From positions 1-64,000 of the forward strand of contig CAWHAE010000014.1 of NCBI GenBank assembly GCA_963827235.1: DNA of 64,000 nucleotides. Reading direction: 5' to 3'. The stretch comes from an uncultured bacterium. GTDB lineage: Bacteria; Chloroflexota; UBA5177; JANWHV01. Below, piece by piece: positions 52,119 to 62,765 of this stretch (positions are counted from its first letter, which is position 1; every line of letters begins with the position of its first letter). Under the pieces are notes generated by a model. It did not search any database. It saw only the letters and a list, made by a program, of their open reading frames with translations, and was not told where the DNA came from. The position numbers and the translations under genes were made by a program.

Positions 52119-52252
52119 CGTAGACGGTATGCTTTGTTGCAGGGGTTGCGTCTCTCCTAAACGCAGGCGAGGGACGAGTTGACCGCAGTGGTCTCGGGCG
52201 CGTTGACGGGCCGCCGAGAATCAGAGATCGGGCTGGGGGTTGCCGCAGTAGG

Positions 52253-53272
52253 ATGAGTCTGGGATCGTTCGTTCTTCGCCGCTTGCTGCTGATCATCCCC
52301 GTGTTGTTCGGCATCACCTGTGTGACGTTTCTGGTCTCGCATGCCGTGCCGGCTGACCCGATCGCGGCGAACCTGGGTCAACGTGCCCAGGATGACCCAG
52401 CGATCATTCAGGAGTATCGTCACGAATGGGGCCTGGACAAGTCGCTGCCGCAGCAATACGTGACCTACGTGTGGAACATCGTCCACGGTGACATGGGCAT
52501 CTCGATTTCCACTCGAAGGTCGGTGGCCGAGGACCTGAAACAATACTTTCCCGCCACCGTTGAGCTATCCGTGGCCGCGCTGTTGTTTGCCCTGCTGGTC
52601 GGCATCCCGCTCGGCGTGATCGCGTCGACGCATCGCGACAGGCCGATCGATCACCTGGCGAGAGGGCTATCCTTGATCGGCGTAGCCACGCCCACTTTCT
52701 GGCTGGGCCTGATGCTACTCGTGATCTTCTACTCGAAGCTGGGCTGGGCCCCGGGCCCGGGTCAGCTCGACTCGGACTACAGTCCGCCGCCGGTGCACAC
52801 CGGGATGATCGTGGTGGACAGCATTATCGTGGGAGACACCGACGACCTTCAGAACAGCCTCGAGCATCTCATACTGCCTGCGTTGACCCTGGGAAGCTAC
52901 ACCATGGGCATCATCACGCGCATGATCCGCAGTAGCATGGTCGAGGCGCTGGCCCAAGACTACATACGCACTGCTCGTGCCAAGGGTGTGTTTCGTCGCC
53001 GTATCATTTATCGCCACGCGCTACGCAACGCCTTCATCCCCACGCTCACACTCGTCGGTCTCGCATTCGGCAGCCTGCTCTCGGGCGCGGTGCTGACGGA
53101 GACGATTTTTTCCTGGCAGGGCATCGGTTCCTACGCCACGAAGACGGCCTCGCTGCTTGACTACCCGGCAATTATGGGTGTGGCGCTGGTCACAGCCGTG
53201 GTCTATGTGTTCGTCAATCTCGTCGTCGACATTCTCTACGGCGTGGTGAACCCCCAGATACGGTCGCGTTGA
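52253..53272 (+). CDS. Peptide ABC permease (DppB/OppB-like)
   Basis: GLDK, PATVEL, HLILPA, YIRTARAKG, HALRNA. Confidence 0.93.
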   Translation: MSLGSFVLRRLLLIIPVLFGITCVTFLVSHAVPADPIAANLGQRAQDDPAIIQEYRHEWGLDKSLPQQYVTYVWNIVHGDMGISISTRRSVAEDLKQYFPATVELSVAALLFALLVGIPLGVIASTHRDRPIDHLARGLSLIGVATPTFWLGLMLLVIFYSKLGWAPGPGQLDSDYSPPPVHTGMIVVDSIIVGDTDDLQNSLEHLILPALTLGSYTMGIITRMIRSSMVEALAQDYIRTARAKGVFRRRIIYRHALRNAFIPTLTLVGLAFGSLLSGAVLTETIFSWQGIGSYATKTASLLDYPAIMGVALVTAVVYVFVNLVVDILYGVVNPQIRSR

Positions 53273-54174
53273 TGAGGCTCTCCGAAGCTGCTCAACGCGA
53301 GACCGACGAATCGGCAAAGGATCAGGCCGGACCAGTGCAGATTAGCCGGCGCAGCAGGACCAGGCTGCTCCTGCAGAACCGGCTCGCCGTTTCAGGCCTG
53401 GTAATCGTGCTATTCTGGCTGGTCATTTCCTTGCTTTCGCCGCTCCTGCCGCTGCTCGATCCGTACTTTGAGGATCTCTCGCACCGGCTGCAGGGCCCAG
53501 GGATCGCAGGTCACCTGCTAGGGACCGACACGGTAGGGCAGGATGTGCTCAGCCGCCTATGCCACGGGGGTGCGACCTCGCTCGAGCTGGGCGCGATGGT
53601 GGTCATCCTGGGAGGAGTGATTGGCCTGACTATTGGCGTGACGGCCGGATACTACGGTGGCATCGTGGACGAGGTCCTGATGCGTATGACTGAGGTCGTC
53701 TTGGCCTTCCCAGTGATCGTGCTTGCGATCGCGGTAGCAGCCGGTCTTGGGTCCAGCGAGAGGAACGCGGTCATCTCGCTGATGGTCGTATGGTGGCCTG
53801 CCTACGCCCGGCTTGGCCGAGGCCTCGTGCTGGGCATCAAGGAGCACGAATACGTGACGGCTGCGCGGGCGCTTGGCCAGAGTACGAGGGGCATACTGTG
53901 GCGAACCGTCCTTCCCAACATGATCAGTCCGGTGGTCGTCTATGCCACCATCGACCTGGGCAACGCCATCACCACGCTCGCCGCTCTCAGCTTCATTGGC
54001 GTGGGCGTGCCGCCGAACACACCTGAGTGGGGCGTTATGATCAGCCAGGGCAGCAACAACTTCGATCAGTGGTGGATCTCCGTGTTTCCCGGCCTCGCCC
54101 TGTTCAGCGTCATTGTGGGCTGCAATTTCTTCGGCGACGGCCTGCGCGACGCACTCGACCCGAGAGCAGGCTGA
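53272..54174 (+). CDS. Peptide ABC permease (DppC/OppC-like)
   Basis: LLGTD, YVTAARALG, LPN, PEWG, GDGLRDALDP. Confidence 0.93.
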   Translation: MRLSEAAQRETDESAKDQAGPVQISRRSRTRLLLQNRLAVSGLVIVLFWLVISLLSPLLPLLDPYFEDLSHRLQGPGIAGHLLGTDTVGQDVLSRLCHGGATSLELGAMVVILGGVIGLTIGVTAGYYGGIVDEVLMRMTEVVLAFPVIVLAIAVAAGLGSSERNAVISLMVVWWPAYARLGRGLVLGIKEHEYVTAARALGQSTRGILWRTVLPNMISPVVVYATIDLGNAITTLAALSFIGVGVPPNTPEWGVMISQGSNNFDQWWISVFPGLALFSVIVGCNFFGDGLRDALDPRAG

Positions 54175-54639
54175 GATCGATTCGACCCATCCATCAGAGG
54201 CCATCACGCACGGCCCAAGATGATCGAAGGTGAGTGCTCTCGGCGCCCCCAGCTCAAGGCATCGGCGCGGCGTGGATGGCGCTCGTAGCTCAGGCAGTTG
54301 TGTCGACCGGGGGCTTCATGGTCGGCTCTCCGGACGCGGAGCCCCGTCTGGCCTCGCCACCACGGTATAAGGCCGCCCCACCGTCAACGATGGACGCATC
54401 ACCTCCGGGCGCCTGGCGCGGCATGGATGCGTGCGGATGGTCAGCCTCCGCTACTACCGTGCGGCATACGGCAGGCCCAGTCGATGCGGAGCGAAACACT
54501 CGCTCATGGTCGTGGGCCGTCGCGTCGCCCATCGCATTGGTGCTGTCTGATTGAAGGTGCCTCACCGCGTACTGGCGCGGCGCGCTACGCGGGTTGCTGG
54601 CTCGTATTCTGCGTCGTGAAGCGGTGCCGTCACGCGCTA

Positions 54640-55824
54640 TCAGGGTGGCCGAGCGACTGCCGCACCGCGACCGGGCGTGCAGCGCCATAGCTCTGCCAGG
54701 ACGATGAGAATGCCGGCCGGGTAGAGCCTGAAGGCGACGGAGACGGCGGATATTGCCATGAACGGGCTGAACAGGATGATAACTATTCCGATCCAGAGCG
54801 TGAGTCGTGCGGTGGCGTTTCCGGCGCCGGTCTTGAGATGACGCAGTAGCCGTGACGGCAAGACGCCTGCGGTATCGCGGCCAGCGAAAGCCAGCACCAG
54901 CGTCGGAAATAGAGCGATGCTGTCGTACTGGTGTGAATACGGGGAAAGCAGCGTGGCTAGCAACGAGAGTGCGGCGAGTGCGTCGTTCGACGGCTTCGTG
55001 CGCCAGCGCGCGAGCAGGGCAACGACACACAGTAGCAGCAGGACAATCATGCCCGTTCCGATCCATGTTGCGATAGGGCCGGTCAACCATCCACCGTATA
55101 GGGAGGAGATTCCCAATCCGTCGGCCTTGGCCTGTTCGTGCGCGTAGCCGGTGAACCGTCGCAGAGTCTGGAGGTACGCCCAGGCGCCGTGTACTCCCAG
55201 CAGCCCGAATGTGCCGGCTACCAACATCACCACAGATGTCGCGAACATCTTCCACGATTGGCGACGGGCTCCCCAAAGAAGCGGCAGCGCGGCGCAGACT
55301 CCTATCTGCGGCTTGACCAACGTTGCCGCGACACACACGCCAAGCAGCTGCCAACGGCCCGCCACGCGCGCGTAAACGGCTAGCGCTGCACAGAGAAATA
55401 CCACCGCGAGGGGCTGGCCATAGTAGCCCATCAGGAACGCAGCTGGGCTTGCCATTATGACCGCGACGAGCGCAACGCGATCAGAGCGAGGAAGAAGTAA
55501 GCTGAGCATGGCGGCACCGCTCAGCACCAACAGGTACTGTGCCGCGGAATAGAGTACGTATGCCGTGCGCGGAGAGTACAGCAGGAACGGCGAGGTCAGT
55601 ACGAGTATCGGCGGTGTTTCGTTGACCCCTTGCTCGAAGACATGTAACTGCGCGGCGTAGAGCGCGGGCGCGGTGCTGCAGCAAGGATTCGCGCCGTGCC
55701 AGAGCGCGAGGGCTCCCACGAAGTCTGTCGTGAAATCCTGGCCGATTCCTGCGCTGAAGGGCTGCACCAGCAAGACTGACCATGCGGCGATCAGCGCGGC
55801 AATACTGAATGCGGCGACAAGCAT
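54640..55824 (-). CDS. GT87/DUF2029-like membrane glycosyltransferase
   Basis: DFTTDF, TPP, YGQ, KPQ, PYSHQYD; many TM segments; start uncertain (up to 55923). Confidence 0.75.
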   Translation of the reverse strand: MLVAAFSIAALIAAWSVLLVQPFSAGIGQDFTTDFVGALALWHGANPCCSTAPALYAAQLHVFEQGVNETPPILVLTSPFLLYSPRTAYVLYSAAQYLLVLSGAAMLSLLLPRSDRVALVAVIMASPAAFLMGYYGQPLAVVFLCAALAVYARVAGRWQLLGVCVAATLVKPQIGVCAALPLLWGARRQSWKMFATSVVMLVAGTFGLLGVHGAWAYLQTLRRFTGYAHEQAKADGLGISSLYGGWLTGPIATWIGTGMIVLLLLCVVALLARWRTKPSNDALAALSLLATLLSPYSHQYDSIALFPTLVLAFAGRDTAGVLPSRLLRHLKTGAGNATARLTLWIGIVIILFSPFMAISAVSVAFRLYPAGILIVLAELWRCTPGRGAAVARPP

Positions 55825-56289
55825 TGTCGCGCGTGAGATGACCCGCCGTTGCTCGCTCGCAGCGCTCAAGCTCGTGTCTGTACTCCACAGCAAGGACTCC
55901 CGGCAATCGTAGGGTTTCACCAAGCCTTGTGCAACCGCCCGATCGTCATCTCGTGGGCGCTGACCCTCGCGATGCCGCGAATCGTGTGCAGTAAGGAGTC
56001 GCGATCGGAGTCAGGGTACGAGTTGCACCGGCGCGTGATGCAGGATGTGCGGGTCCGCCGTCCAGCGGGGCGAGCCACCGGCAAGACAAAGCACGAATGA
56101 GGAGCTCGACCCCAGCACGGCAAGCACTGGCGGTCGTATAGCCTATAATGCCGCATCCGCAGGCTGCAGGCACCGAACATGGGACCTCGCTCACTGCGCA
56201 AGGCTACGTGTAGCGGCAAGCGATCTGCAGCCAAGAACCAGCATCCACAGCGCCCATCCGCCTTGGGGGCACAGGTGGAATTGGGGAGT

Positions 56290-56377
56290 TGGTGCCGAGG
56301 AGGAGACTCGAACTCCTATGGGCGCAATGCCCGCTAGCCCCTCAAGCTAGTGCGTCTGCCAGTTCCGCCACCTCGGC
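56290..56377 (-). tRNA. tRNA-Leu(GAG)
   Basis: Reverse complement GCCGAGGTGGCGGAACTGGCAGACGCA, CTAGC-TTGAGGG-GCTAG, long variable arm, GTTCGAGTC, CCA. Confidence 0.96.
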
Positions 56378-56388
56378 TTACCTCCGGT

Positions 56389-56417
56389 AGTATAGGGGTC
56401 GCCGCAGCGAATGTCAA
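56389..56417 (-). promoter_or_regulatory. Promoter of tRNA-Leu
   Basis: TTGACA-17bp-TATACT on the minus strand. Confidence 0.8.
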
Positions 56418-56448
56418 ACACTGTCTAGGACGCGCTGATGCGTGCGAA

Positions 56449-56477
56449 TTGACACGTCCACGGCCACGGGTTAGACT
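56449..56477 (+). promoter_or_regulatory. Promoter of the nusA operon
   Basis: TTGACA-17bp-TAGACT. Confidence 0.75.
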
Positions 56478-56678
56478 CCCCAAGGGAGCCATAGCCGTTG
56501 GCTGCGTTTTTGCGTGCCCGGATTCCGCGCGAGCGGTTAGGCGAGGCCGGGGACCCTCGTGGACTGCTGCAGGATGCCGGACACGCATTCGACCGAGACT
56601 TGAAGGGAACCACAGCGTAGCAGCATTGGCGCAGTGAGCGGGTCCTCGAGGACCAGCGTGATGGCTGTCACGGCGTGG

Positions 56679-56706
56679 AGAAGTGGGCACGGTGCCCACT
56701 TCTTGC
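56679..56706 (+). terminator. nusA-operon leader attenuator hairpin (rimP-leader-like)
   Basis: AGAAGTGGGCA-CGG-TGCCCACTTCT with a weak T-tract. Confidence 0.65.
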
Positions 56707-56766
56707 TATCTGGGGAACGTTTTCGTGTGGGTCGGGATTGGCCATGGAGCAGTAAGGGCGGGTGAC

Positions 56767-57939
56767 ATGATGAAGAACGACTTTCTCACCGCAATCCTGC
56801 AGATCACGGACGAGAAACATTTGCCCAAAGACGTCGTGGTCCAAGCGATAGAATCGGCGCTCACGGCAACATACAAGCGGAACCTCGGTCAAGTGCCCGA
56901 GGTCCACGTCAGGCTCAACGAACATACCGGCGAGTTCAGGATATTCGCTGAAAAGCGGGTCGTGATTGACGTCAAGGACCCCAAGGTCGAGGTGTCGCTG
57001 AAAGACGCGCAGAGCCTGCCGGAAAGAGCCGGTCTCGACGACATCGTGGAGATTGAGATCGAGAAGCCAGCGGACTTTGGGCGTATCGCCGCCCAGACTG
57101 CTCGGCAGGTGATCATGCAGCGCATCAACGACGCCGAGCGGGATAAGCTCTACTCTGAGCTGGTCGGGCATGAAAACGACCTCCACAGCGGCATCGTGCA
57201 ACGCATAGAGCCCGGGCGAGGCGTAATCCTCGATCTCGGTAAAGTTGAGGCGGTGCTGCCACCGCAGGAACAGGCGCCGGGCGAGCACTATCGCGTGGGC
57301 CAACGACTGAAAGTCTATATGATGGAGATCGCCAAGACGCCTCGCGGGTTGCAGGTCACGGTGTCGCGCACGCACCGCAACCTGGTCAAGCGTCTTTTCG
57401 AGCTCGAGGTACCTGAGATCTACACGGGACTGGTTGAGATCAAGGCAATTGCCAGGGATCCTGGAGTGCGTACCAAGGTTGCGGTAGCAGCTCGTCAGGA
57501 CAATGTCGACCCGGTCGGTGCGTGTGTCGGCCAGCGAGGCGTGCGAATTCAAAACGTGGTGAATGAGCTGAACGGTGAGAAGATCGACGTTGCTCAGTGG
57601 CATAGCGATCCGGCAACGTTCGTGGCCAACGCGCTCAGGCCGGCCACCGTGTTGCGGGTGACGATTGAAGAAGGCACAAAGAGCGCACTCGTCGTCGTGC
57701 CTGAGCGAGAGCTCTCGCTGGCAATTGGTAAGGACGGGCAGAACGCCCGACTCGCGGCCCGCCTGACGGGCTGGAGAATCGACATCAAGCGGCCCTCCGA
57801 ACAGTCCGGCGGCGATCAGCCCGGCTCTCACGTTGCGAGCGAGGGACAGAGCTCGCATTCCGCGGGTGCCGGTCACAACGCGCATGCTTCAGGTGCCGGC
57901 CACAGCTCGCGCACGGCAAGCGCGGGACGCAAGCGATGA
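56767..57939 (+). CDS. nusA: Transcription factor NusA
   Basis: [50 protein letters not shown]. Confidence 0.97.
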   Translation: MMKNDFLTAILQITDEKHLPKDVVVQAIESALTATYKRNLGQVPEVHVRLNEHTGEFRIFAEKRVVIDVKDPKVEVSLKDAQSLPERAGLDDIVEIEIEKPADFGRIAAQTARQVIMQRINDAERDKLYSELVGHENDLHSGIVQRIEPGRGVILDLGKVEAVLPPQEQAPGEHYRVGQRLKVYMMEIAKTPRGLQVTVSRTHRNLVKRLFELEVPEIYTGLVEIKAIARDPGVRTKVAVAARQDNVDPVGACVGQRGVRIQNVVNELNGEKIDVAQWHSDPATFVANALRPATVLRVTIEEGTKSALVVVPERELSLAIGKDGQNARLAARLTGWRIDIKRPSEQSGGDQPGSHVASEGQSSHSAGAGHNAHASGAGHSSRTASAGRKR

Positions 57940-58275
57940 CCACGACCGCGCCCGACGCGACCCCGGCACCGACTCGGGCGAAAAAGCGACCTGCGATCAA
58001 GCACGTGCCTGAGCGCACGTGCGTTGCCTGCCGCACATCGCGGCCGAAGCGGCATCTCGTGCGAGTCGTGCGTACCGCGGAAGGCAATATCGAAGTGGAT
58101 CGGACCGGCCGCAAGGCCGGCAGGGGCGCATACCTGTGCCCGGCTCAGGAATGCTGGCGACTTGCTAGGGCACGGAGATCGCTGGACCAAGCGCTGTCCG
58201 TCGTCGTAACCGCCGATGCCTGGGATCAGCTGGACGCATATGCAGAGCGACTACCGGAGACGCGCGATTTGACGC
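57936..58275 (+). CDS. ylxR: YlxR/RnpM family RNA-binding protein; 3' end uncertain
   Basis: [22 protein letters not shown]; the ORF runs on to 58484, probably through an indel. Confidence 0.85.
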
Positions 58276-58293
58276 GTCTTCACGGAGGGTACT

Positions 58294-60228
58294 ATGGCAG
58301 GACAAAGACCAGGCGGCGGCAATCGGGGCAACGGCAGACGTCCGGGTGGTGGCGGTCGTCCTCGGCCGTCCGGCAGGCGGGGGACATCGAGGTGGACCCG
58401 GTGCCGTCGGCTTACTGGAGAGCAGCGATGACTCCAGATCGTCGGTCGATAGACCGCATTCTATCGAGCTGCCTTCCGTCATGACGGTCAAGGAGCTGGC
58501 AGACTCGCTGGCCGTCGAGCCGGTGCAGGTCATGAAGCTCCTGATCAAGAACGGCATGATGGCCACGATCAACCAGGAGATTGACTACGATACCGGCGCA
58601 ATCGTGGCCTCGGAGCTGGGCGTGGAAGCCTCGGAGCAGAAGCGGGCCGAGGTCGAGGTGGACGCGCGAGCCGAGGCTTCGCATGGCTCGTCTGTCCTGG
58701 ACGAGGACCCGGCCAAGTTGAGGCCGCGTCCTCCGGTGGTCACGATCATGGGTCACGTCGACCACGGCAAGACGTCACTGCTCGACGCGATCCGCCAAAC
58801 CAACGTCGTCGCCGGAGAAGCTGGAGGAATCACCCAGCATATCGGAGCCTATCAGGTCGAGAAAGAGCGGGAGGAAGATCACCTTCCTCGACACGCCCGG
58901 TCACCAGGCATTCACCGCTATGCGGGCTCGTGGCGCGCAGGTGACCGACCTAGTGATCATCGTGGTGGCGGCGGACGACGGTGTCATGCCACAGACGAGA
59001 GAGGCGATCGCGCATGCGCGCGCCGCCCGAGTGCCCATCATCGTCGCAATCAACAAGATCGACACGCCCGGCGCCAACCCCGATCGGGTGAAGCAGGAGC
59101 TTGCGCAGGTTGGCGTCCAGGTCGAGGAGTACGGTGGAGACGTAGTCTGCGTCGAGGTATCGGCCAAGAAGAAAGTCGGGCTGCAGGAGCTGCTCGACAT
59201 GATTCTCCTGGTCACGGAGATCCAGGACCTGAAGGCCAATCCGGATCGGCCGGCGTTGGGCACCGTCGTAGAAGCACGTCTTGATCGCATGAAGGGCTCG
59301 ATGTGTACGGTACTGGTGCGCAGCGGCACGCTTCGACTCGGCGATACCGTCGTCGTGGGCAGCGTCTACGGCCGGATCAGGGCCATGTATAACGATCGTG
59401 GCAAAGCGATCAAGGTGGCCGGACCGTCCTTCCCAGTCGAGATCCTCGGGCTGCTCGACGTGCCCGCGGCAGGCGACACCCTCCAGGTGTTCGGCGACGA
59501 GAAGTATGCGCGAACGCTTGCCGCGGAGCGGGCGCGTGAAAAGCGCGCGGAGTCGCTACAGCCTACCAAGAAGCTTGGCCTGGCCGACCTGTCGTCGTTC
59601 ATACAGGCCGGTCAGATGAAAGAGCTCAATATCGTCCTCAAGGCAGACGTCAAGGGCTCCGTTGAAGCGGTGAAGAGCGAGTTGGAGAAGCTTTCCAACG
59701 AGACCGTGAAGCTAAGCGTGCTCCTGGCCGACACCGGACCGGTCACCGAGTCCGACATCCAACTGGCCGCGGCTTCGCAGGCAATCGTGGTCGGCTTCAA
59801 CGTGCGCCTGGACCCTGGGGCCAAAAACGCCGTGACGGCCACTGGCGTGGACGTTCGCTTCTACGACATCATCTACAAGCTGACGGAGGACATCGAGGCC
59901 GCTCTGCGAGGTATGCTCGATCCATCGTATCAGGATGTCGTGACTGGGCACGCCGAGGTGCTGCAGATCTTCCCGGCCTCCAAGACCGAGAAGGCAGCTG
60001 GATCGCGGATAGTCGGACGGCACTGTGCACCGGGGGGACAATGTCCGGGTGCTGCGAAACGACAAGGTGGTCGGCGAGACCAAGATCACGTCGCTTCGGC
60101 GCGGGCGCGATGACGCGCGTGAGGTGAACGCCGGCTTCGAGTGCGGCATCGTGCTGGATCAGTACAACGATTTCGAAGTCGGAGACGTTCTCGAGACCTG
60201 GACGCGGGAAAAGGTAATATCTGCATGA
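58294..60228 (+). CDS. infB: Translation initiation factor IF-2, apparent frameshifts near 58365, 58868 and 60017
   Basis: GGAGG RBS; [48 protein letters not shown] across three frames. Confidence 0.93.
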
Positions 60229-60578
60229 CCCAGTACCGATCCGAGCGCTTGAGCCACGCAATTCGCCGCTATGTGAGCGAGGCGCTGGAGTTTGAGCTTC
60301 GCGATCCTCGCCTGAACATGGCAAGCGTCACACGGGTCGAGGTCAGCCAGGACCGACAACACGCCAAGGTCTTTATCAGTGCTGTCACGGCGAGTGACCG
60401 CGACGAGGCAGCAAAGGTGCTTGAGCGGGCCCGCGGCTACCTGCGGAAAGGCCTTGCGTCCAGGCTGACCACACGAACGACTCCAGAGCTGCATTTCGTG
60501 GCCGACGCGGCGATCGCCGGAGGCGATCACGTGCTCGCCCTGATGCGCGAGATGGAAGATACGGAAGGAACGCAATAG
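60225..60578 (+). CDS. rbfA: Ribosome-binding factor A
   Basis: RDPRL, VTRVEVSQD, ARGYLR, RTTPELHF. Confidence 0.93.
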   Translation: MTQYRSERLSHAIRRYVSEALEFELRDPRLNMASVTRVEVSQDRQHAKVFISAVTASDRDEAAKVLERARGYLRKGLASRLTTRTTPELHFVADAAIAGGDHVLALMREMEDTEGTQ

Positions 60579-61596
60579 TGCAAGACGGTCCCGACTTTGC
60601 GGCCGGCGGCAACGTTCCTCTGAGCACGATAGCGGAGACGTTGCGCAGCAGTCACGACGTCATGATTGTCACTCACAGGAACCCGGATGGCGATGCCGTG
60701 GGATCGGCCGCGGCGCTCGCCGCCTCGCTACGCACTCTGGGCGCTCAAGTCACTCTGGTGTGCCCGGATCCCGTACCGGGCTACCTGCTCAAGCATGCCT
60801 GGTGCACGGGACTTCATTCAGGCTGTCGAACGAGATGATTATGACCTTGTCGTCGCGGTCGACGTATCCGACCCTGCGCTGCTCAAACCACTGCCCATCA
60901 CCGAGCCGCGCTTCTTTCTCGATCGGCGATCCGTCAATATCGACCATCATTTCAGTAACCTGTACTATGCGACGCTCAATCATGTCGACGTGGAGGCGGC
61001 GTCGGCAACTGAGATCGTCGGCCGGCTGTTCAGGGAGGAGCTATCGCTTGCCTACACCGCGGACATTGCCTCGGATCTGCTCTATGGTGTGGTGAACGAT
61101 ACGCATTCCTTCCAGAACACAAACACCACACCGAGGACCTTGCGCTTCTCCGCCGATCTGGTGGAGGCGGGCGCGGATCTCTCCGCCATTGTCTTCAACC
61201 TGTTGTTGGAGAAGCGCGTTTCGGCGGCGCGCCTGTGGGCGGAGACTCTACCGACACTGCGCTTTGCCGAGCAAGAACGGGTCGCCTTCCTTACCGTGTC
61301 GCTCGATGCGCTCAATCGCGCTGGAGGCACGCTGGAGGATGCCGATGGGCTTGTCGAGTTTCTGCGCAACATTCAGGGCGTTGACCTGGCGGTCCTGTTC
61401 AAACAAACGTCGCCGGACGAGTATCGGCTCAGCCTGCGCACCAAGCTTCGCGGTAGACGCGACCGTCGTCGCAGGTATATTCGGCGGTGGCGGACATCAA
61501 CGGGCGTCGGGAGGAGACGCCAGAGGGGACCTGAGTGCGATCGAACGCCGTATCGTGGACGTCTATCGCGCGACTCGTACGCCTGGCGGCGCGTAG
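60578..61596 (+). CDS. nrnA: DHH/DHHA1 phosphoesterase (NrnA-like), apparent frameshifts near 60790 and 61445
   Basis: HRNPDGDAVGS, IDHH, DTHSF, SLR, FGGGGH. Confidence 0.88.
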
Positions 61597-61763
61597 CCCA
61601 TCCCGGCTGACCTGCACGTTCAGGCGTGGGCCCGGCAGCGAGCAGCGACTCTCGAGTTGAGGGACGGCTGCGGCGACACATCGGCAGTATCTGTGGAGGG
61701 CCCGCAAGGTGCGCGCCGGGTGTGCCGGTGCCGGGGCGAGCCAATGTGATGCGCGCGAGTTCT

Positions 61764-62765
61764 ATGGATGGTATTCTGGCGATCGACAAACCATATGGCT
61801 GGACGTCTCACGACGTCGTGGCCAAGGTCCGCGTACTGGCGGGACAACGAAAGATCGGGCATGCAGGCACGCTCGATCCGATGGCCACCGGTGTGCTGCT
61901 GCTGTGTCTGGGCGACGCGACGCGAGTGAGCGAGGCACTGATGGCCGGGGTGAAATGGTATCTCGCCCGGGTCGCTTTTGGCGCTGCTACCACGACGGAC
62001 GACGCGTTGGGCGAGGTCACCCTGTCTCGCTCACCTGAGTTCACGCAACGTGAGCTGATAGCGGGTCTCGAGGAACAGGTCGGTGCCATTGAGCAGCGGC
62101 CGCCGGCGTATGCCGCGGTCAAGCGGGAAGGCGTTCCGGCGTACAAGATGGCGCGCACGGGCCAGGAGGTGGTGCTCGCCCCGAGAACGGTATACATCCA
62201 CTCCATCTGCCTGCTGGAATTCGCTTCAGGCGGTGGCGAGGCGGTGCACGAGGTGGCAGAGCGCTTGCCCGTTGATCATTTCGCTGGGCAAGACGGGCCT
62301 CGTGCCGCACCGGCAATGGAGCTGGCATACGCCACGCTGCTCGTCTCCTGCGGTAAAGGCACCTACATCCGGTCAATCGCGCGTGATCTGGGCGCCTCGC
62401 TTGGTTGCGGAGCGCACCTATGCGGTCTCCGCAGGCTTGGTAGCGGAAGCTTCACCACGCGCGACACCGTGACGGTGCCTGACCTGCAGAATCGTGTCGC
62501 CGCTCAAGGACCGGTGGGGCTGGCGAGGGCGCTGGTGCCGGCGGACCGAGCCCTCGAGGATTGGCCGGCCTTCGTGGTTGGCGCTGAGCAGGCCGGGCTT
62601 GTGGCAAACGGTGCTTCGCTGTCCGTGCCTTGCAGTCTGCCGGGGCCGCGCGCCAGGCTCTACGACACGCGTGGCGCGCTGATCGGCTTGGCGGCCCTGG
62701 AACAGCCGCGGCCGGATCACGTTACGGTTCGTCCATTCACAGTGTTTGCGGGAGCAGCGAGGTGA
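61764..62765 (+). CDS. truB: tRNA pseudouridine-55 synthase
   Basis: DKPYGWTSHDVV, GHAGTLDPMATG, PPAYAAVK, CGKGTYIRS. Confidence 0.95.
   Translation: MDGILAIDKPYGWTSHDVVAKVRVLAGQRKIGHAGTLDPMATGVLLLCLGDATRVSEALMAGVKWYLARVAFGAATTTDDALGEVTLSRSPEFTQRELIAGLEEQVGAIEQRPPAYAAVKREGVPAYKMARTGQEVVLAPRTVYIHSICLLEFASGGGEAVHEVAERLPVDHFAGQDGPRAAPAMELAYATLLVSCGKGTYIRSIARDLGASLGCGAHLCGLRRLGSGSFTTRDTVTVPDLQNRVAAQGPVGLARALVPADRALEDWPAFVVGAEQAGLVANGASLSVPCSLPGPRARLYDTRGALIGLAALEQPRPDHVTVRPFTVFAGAAR

Noticed and set aside
54277-54362. tRNA-like text GCGCTCGTAGCTCAG...CGCCACCA with a TTCA
   Set aside because: The acceptor stem does not pair beyond 4 bp, and there is no T-loop or anticodon arm, so it is not a tRNA or selC.
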